A stretch of 54,689 bases of DNA, taken from NCBI GenBank assembly GCA_037445575.1, contig JBBIKH010000005.1:1-54689 (forward strand). The letters run 5' to 3'. Made by a program: the position numbers and the translations under genes. Positions 51,891-54,689 of this stretch are shown here, one piece after another; position 1 is the stretch's first letter, and the number at the start of each line of letters is the position of its first letter. The stretch is from a bacterium. Its GTDB lineage: Bacteria > Zhuqueibacterota > Zhuqueibacteria > JANLFK01 > Oleimicrobiaceae. Below the pieces are notes generated by a model, which saw nothing but the letters and a program-made list of their open reading frames with translations, ran no database searches and was not told where the DNA came from.

Positions 51891-51919
51891 AATATAGGAC
51901 TTGTTGGGCCGCAAGTCAA
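51891..51919 (-). promoter_or_regulatory. sigma70 promoter TTGACT-N17-TATATT for the six-gene 51784-to-40365 operon
   Basis: Minus strand reads gtgcTTGACTtgcggcccaacaagtccTATATTagcacg. The hexamers are identical to those of the 40240-40268 promoter, and the leader is about 100 nt. Confidence 0.55.
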
Positions 51920-52116
51920 GCACATTTTTTGGGCCCTGCAAAAACTCTACCCCCGGTCGCGGGGAGCCTGGCACCGTTCACCACCCGACATGACGCCGCG
52001 GCACTCCCCCGGACGAATGCCCCTTGCGAGTACTCAGGCAATCATTCGCCTGATGGGGTCCGACGAGGAATTCCCGGACAGGCGCCTGCTACACGCACCG
52101 TCAGCCCGAACGGCCC

Positions 52117-53364
52117 TCAGGTGCTCATGGAATCCAGAAACTCCTTGTTGGACTTGGTACCCCGCATCTTTTCCAGAAGGAACTCCATGGCTTCGGTGAC
52201 GGAGAGCTCCGCCAGAACCTTGCGCAAGATCCACACGCGGTTGAGCTCCTGGGGGGTCAGGAGGAGTTCTTCTTTGCGGGTGCCCGACTTGTTGATGTCA
52301 ATGGCCGGAAACACCCGTTTGTCCGACAGGCGGCGGTCCAGCACCAGCTCCATGTTGCCGGTGCCTTTGAACTCCTCGAAGATCACCTCATCCATGCGGG
52401 AGCCGGTGTCGATGAGTGCGGTGGCGATGACGGTGAGGCTGCCCCCTTCCTCGATGTTGCGGGCCGCCCCAAAGAAGCGCTTTGGTTTGTGGAGCGCGTT
52501 GGCATCCACGCCGCCGGAGAGGATCTTACCGCTGTGTGGCACCACGGCGTTGTGAGCGCGCGCCAGGCGCGTAATGCTGTCCAGCAGAATCACCACGTCG
52601 TGGCCATACTCGGCCAGGCGTTTGGCCTTCTCCAGCACCATGTCCGCCACCTGCACGTGGCGCTCCGCCGGTTCGTCGAAGGTGGAGCTAATCACCTCCG
52701 CCTTTACCGAGCGCTCCATGTCGGTGACTTCCTCCGGGCGCTCATCGATCAACAGCACGATAAGCTTGATCTCCGGGTGATTGGTCGTGATGCTGTTGGC
52801 CACCTTTTGGAGCAACGTCGTCTTGCCGGTCTTGGGCTGGGCCACGATCAGACCACGCTGCCCCTTGCCGATGGGGGTCAACAGATCCATGATGCGCATG
52901 GAGTAATCGGTGGGCGAGGTCTCCAACCTGATGCGCTCCATGGGGTAGAGCGGTGTCAGGTTGTCGAAGAGCATCTTGCTCTTGGCCAGGTCGGGGTTTT
53001 CGAAATTAACCGCCTCCACCTTCAGCAAGGCGAAGAAGCGCTCGTTTTCCTTGGGCGGCCTGATCTGACCAGAAACCGTATCCCCGGTGCGCAGACCGAA
53101 GCGTTTGATCTGCGAAGGTGACACATAGATGTCGTCCGGCCCAGGCAAGTAGTTGTAGTCGGGGGAGCGGAGGAAGCCGTAGCCATCGGGTAGGACTTCC
53201 AGTACCCCCTCACCGAAGATCAGCCCTTCGCGTTTGGTCTGCTCCTCGAGGATACAGAAGATGAGTTCCTGCTTGCGCATGTTGGTACAGCCGGGGATCT
53301 GCATCTCCTGGGCAAGCTTTACCAGCTCGCCGATCTTCATCGCTTTCAGTTGGGCAATGTCCAT
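52117..53364 (-). CDS. rho: transcription termination factor Rho
   Basis: N-terminal Rho_N ([18 protein letters not shown]), RNP1-like GYGFLRS, Walker [10 protein letters not shown] and colinear conservation throughout. Confidence 0.95.
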   Translation of the reverse strand: MDIAQLKAMKIGELVKLAQEMQIPGCTNMRKQELIFCILEEQTKREGLIFGEGVLEVLPDGYGFLRSPDYNYLPGPDDIYVSPSQIKRFGLRTGDTVSGQIRPPKENERFFALLKVEAVNFENPDLAKSKMLFDNLTPLYPMERIRLETSPTDYSMRIMDLLTPIGKGQRGLIVAQPKTGKTTLLQKVANSITTNHPEIKLIVLLIDERPEEVTDMERSVKAEVISSTFDEPAERHVQVADMVLEKAKRLAEYGHDVVILLDSITRLARAHNAVVPHSGKILSGGVDANALHKPKRFFGAARNIEEGGSLTVIATALIDTGSRMDEVIFEEFKGTGNMELVLDRRLSDKRVFPAIDINKSGTRKEELLLTPQELNRVWILRKVLAELSVTEAMEFLLEKMRGTKSNKEFLDSMST

Positions 53365-53597
53365 ACAGCACTCTCCATGATAATGATTGACCTGGAAAGA
53401 CCCCTCCCTCGCCGGCAGTCATGTCTCGGAACAAAAGGCGCGGCGGCCGCCAGGTAGCTGCGGCCCGCAGCAGTCCGCTCCTTTTGGAAAAGGAGAGGCT
53501 TCCTCCCCTGCCGCCTCGAGGGCGGTATGCTCATTGTAAGCTCGGATTTGACAGTCTGAAGGTATTGGACGCCTGAATTGGCACGACGGGAAGTCGT

Positions 53598-54689
53598 CTA
53601 CTGGCTTTGGGCAACGGCCTCCTCTGTGCTCTTGTCAAAAAAGTGGACTTTGCTCATGTCAAAGATAACGTCCATCTTCTCGCCCACGGCAGGTTCTCGG
53701 CGCGCGGGGATTCTTGCCACCATCGAGTGGCGTCCGCAGCTGAGGTACAGGAAAATCTCGTTGCCCATTGGCTCGACCACTTCCACGGCACAGCTGGCTG
53801 GGGACGCCTCCCGTACATGCTCTGCATACTCAACGAGGTGAATATCCTCCGGACGGATGCCGAAAATGACCTCACGGTCGAGGTAGGACTTGAGGGGAGA
53901 CATGAGCGTCTGCGGAATCCGCAGCCGCATGGCACCGGCGTCAAACCACAGCCCATCCTGATGAATGATGCGGCCGTCGAAAAAATTCATCGCCGGGCTG
54001 CCGATAAATCCCGCCACAAACTTGTTCCTCGGACGATTGTAGAGCGTCAGCGGGTCGGCAATCTGCTGAATCACTCCATCCTTCATCACGACGATCTTGT
54101 CCCCCATGGTCATCGCTTCCACCTGGTCATGGGTCACGTAGATCATCGTCGTCTCCAGGCGGCGGTGGAGTTTGGAGATCTCGGCCCGCATCTGCACCCG
54201 GAACTTGGCGTCCAGGTTGGACAGCGGCTCGTCGAAGAGAAAGACCTTCGGCTTGCGCACAATGGCCCTCCCCACTGCCACGCGCTGCCGCTGACCGCCG
54301 GAAAGTGCTTTGGGCTTCCGGTCCAGAAGGTCCTTGATCCCCAGGATCTCTGCTGCTTCGTTCACCCGCTGGTCAATCTCCTTCTTGGGGTACTTGCGCA
54401 GCTTTAGACCGAAGGCCATGTTCTGGTACACCGTCATGTGCGGGTACAGGGCATAGTTCTGAAACACCATGGCAATATCCCGGTCCTTGGGGGGCACATC
54501 GTTGACCAGGCGATCGCCGATATAGATCTCCCCCTCGGTGACCTCCTCCAGGCCGGCGATCATGCGGAGGGTGGTGGACTTGCCGCAACCAGAGGGGCCA
54601 ACTAAGACGACAAACTCCTTGTCCTCAGCCACAAACGTGGCCCTGTCCACCGCCACCACGTTCTTCTCAAATACCTTGGTGACTTCTTT
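53598..54689 (-). CDS. sugar / sn-glycerol-3-phosphate ABC transporter ATP-binding protein (MalK/UgpC-like); N-terminus outside the window
   Basis: Walker [11 protein letters not shown]-loop, [14 protein letters not shown] signature, Walker [12 protein letters not shown] and a C-terminal TOBE/MalK-type regulatory domain. The ORF is open to the window edge. Confidence 0.9.
   Translation of the reverse strand, partial: KEVTKVFEKNVVAVDRATFVAEDKEFVVLVGPSGCGKSTTLRMIAGLEEVTEGEIYIGDRLVNDVPPKDRDIAMVFQNYALYPHMTVYQNMAFGLKLRKYPKKEIDQRVNEAAEILGIKDLLDRKPKALSGGQRQRVAVGRAIVRKPKVFLFDEPLSNLDAKFRVQMRAEISKLHRRLETTMIYVTHDQVEAMTMGDKIVVMKDGVIQQIADPLTLYNRPRNKFVAGFIGSPAMNFFDGRIIHQDGLWFDAGAMRLRIPQTLMSPLKSYLDREVIFGIRPEDIHLVEYAEHVREASPASCAVEVVEPMGNEIFLYLSCGRHSMVARIPARREPAVGEKMDVIFDMSKVHFFDKSTEEAVAQSQ

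Noticed and set aside
53365-53597. ~230-nt leader upstream of rho with a palindrome (CTCCTTTTCCAAAAGGAG) and GC-rich repeats.
   Set aside because: Long leaders for rho autoregulation are well known. Nothing is out of the ordinary and no good promoter could be defined.
1-54689. Search for CRISPR arrays, rRNA, IS elements, integrases, reverse transcriptases/DGR template-variable repeat pairs and toxin-antitoxin pairs.
   Set aside because: No regularly spaced direct repeats, no transposase/integrase/RT motifs and no small paired ORFs were seen anywhere in the window. The only repeats found are those reported.

Overview
High-GC bacterial chromosomal window (spot counts about 62-65% GC), densely coding, with nearly all genes on the minus strand. 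Housekeeping genes sit at the edges: the ileS 3' end, a dksA-like gene, lspA, rluD, tRNA-Val(CAC), rho and a ugpC/malK-like ATPase. Between them is an envelope-rich interior: an ExbB-ExbD-ExbD-TonB operon, a DsbD-like protein, an S41 protease, a secreted GH38, a GH57, two TonB-dependent receptors, three PorV/PorQ-like beta-barrels and four proteins ending in type-A T9SS C-terminal sorting domains. This content suggests an uncultured FCB-superphylum-like organism, which is inference only. Canonical sigma70-type promoters (TTGAnn-N17-TAnAnT) can be read upstream of most operons. The main anomaly is a plus-strand, compositionally foreign insert at about 29.45-36.7 kb. Its GC falls to about 18% in the internal spacer, and it is bracketed by diverged ~260-nt direct repeats with no integrase or transposase. 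The insert carries three genes. The first is an FG-GAP beta-propeller sensor histidine kinase. The second is a sigma54-dependent activator whose receiver domain is cut by an in-frame TAG. The third, after a 694-nt extremely AT-rich control region, is a mosaic T9SS cargo gene with 117-nt tandem repeats and a host-like sorting domain. I consider this sense-and-secrete cassette the best candidate for an undescribed system. Secondary candidates are: (i) a six-gene T9SS-cargo/TonB-receptor/PorV/NHL operon; (ii) a four-gene lipoprotein/BNR-propeller/double-barrel operon preceded by a terminator-containing leader; (iii) a PdxJ-like protein lacking all three catalytic residues, embedded in a tight operon with an HD hydrolase, a beta-eliminating PLP lyase and a HAD phosphatase. 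All homology calls come from motif recognition by eye, and no searches were run.
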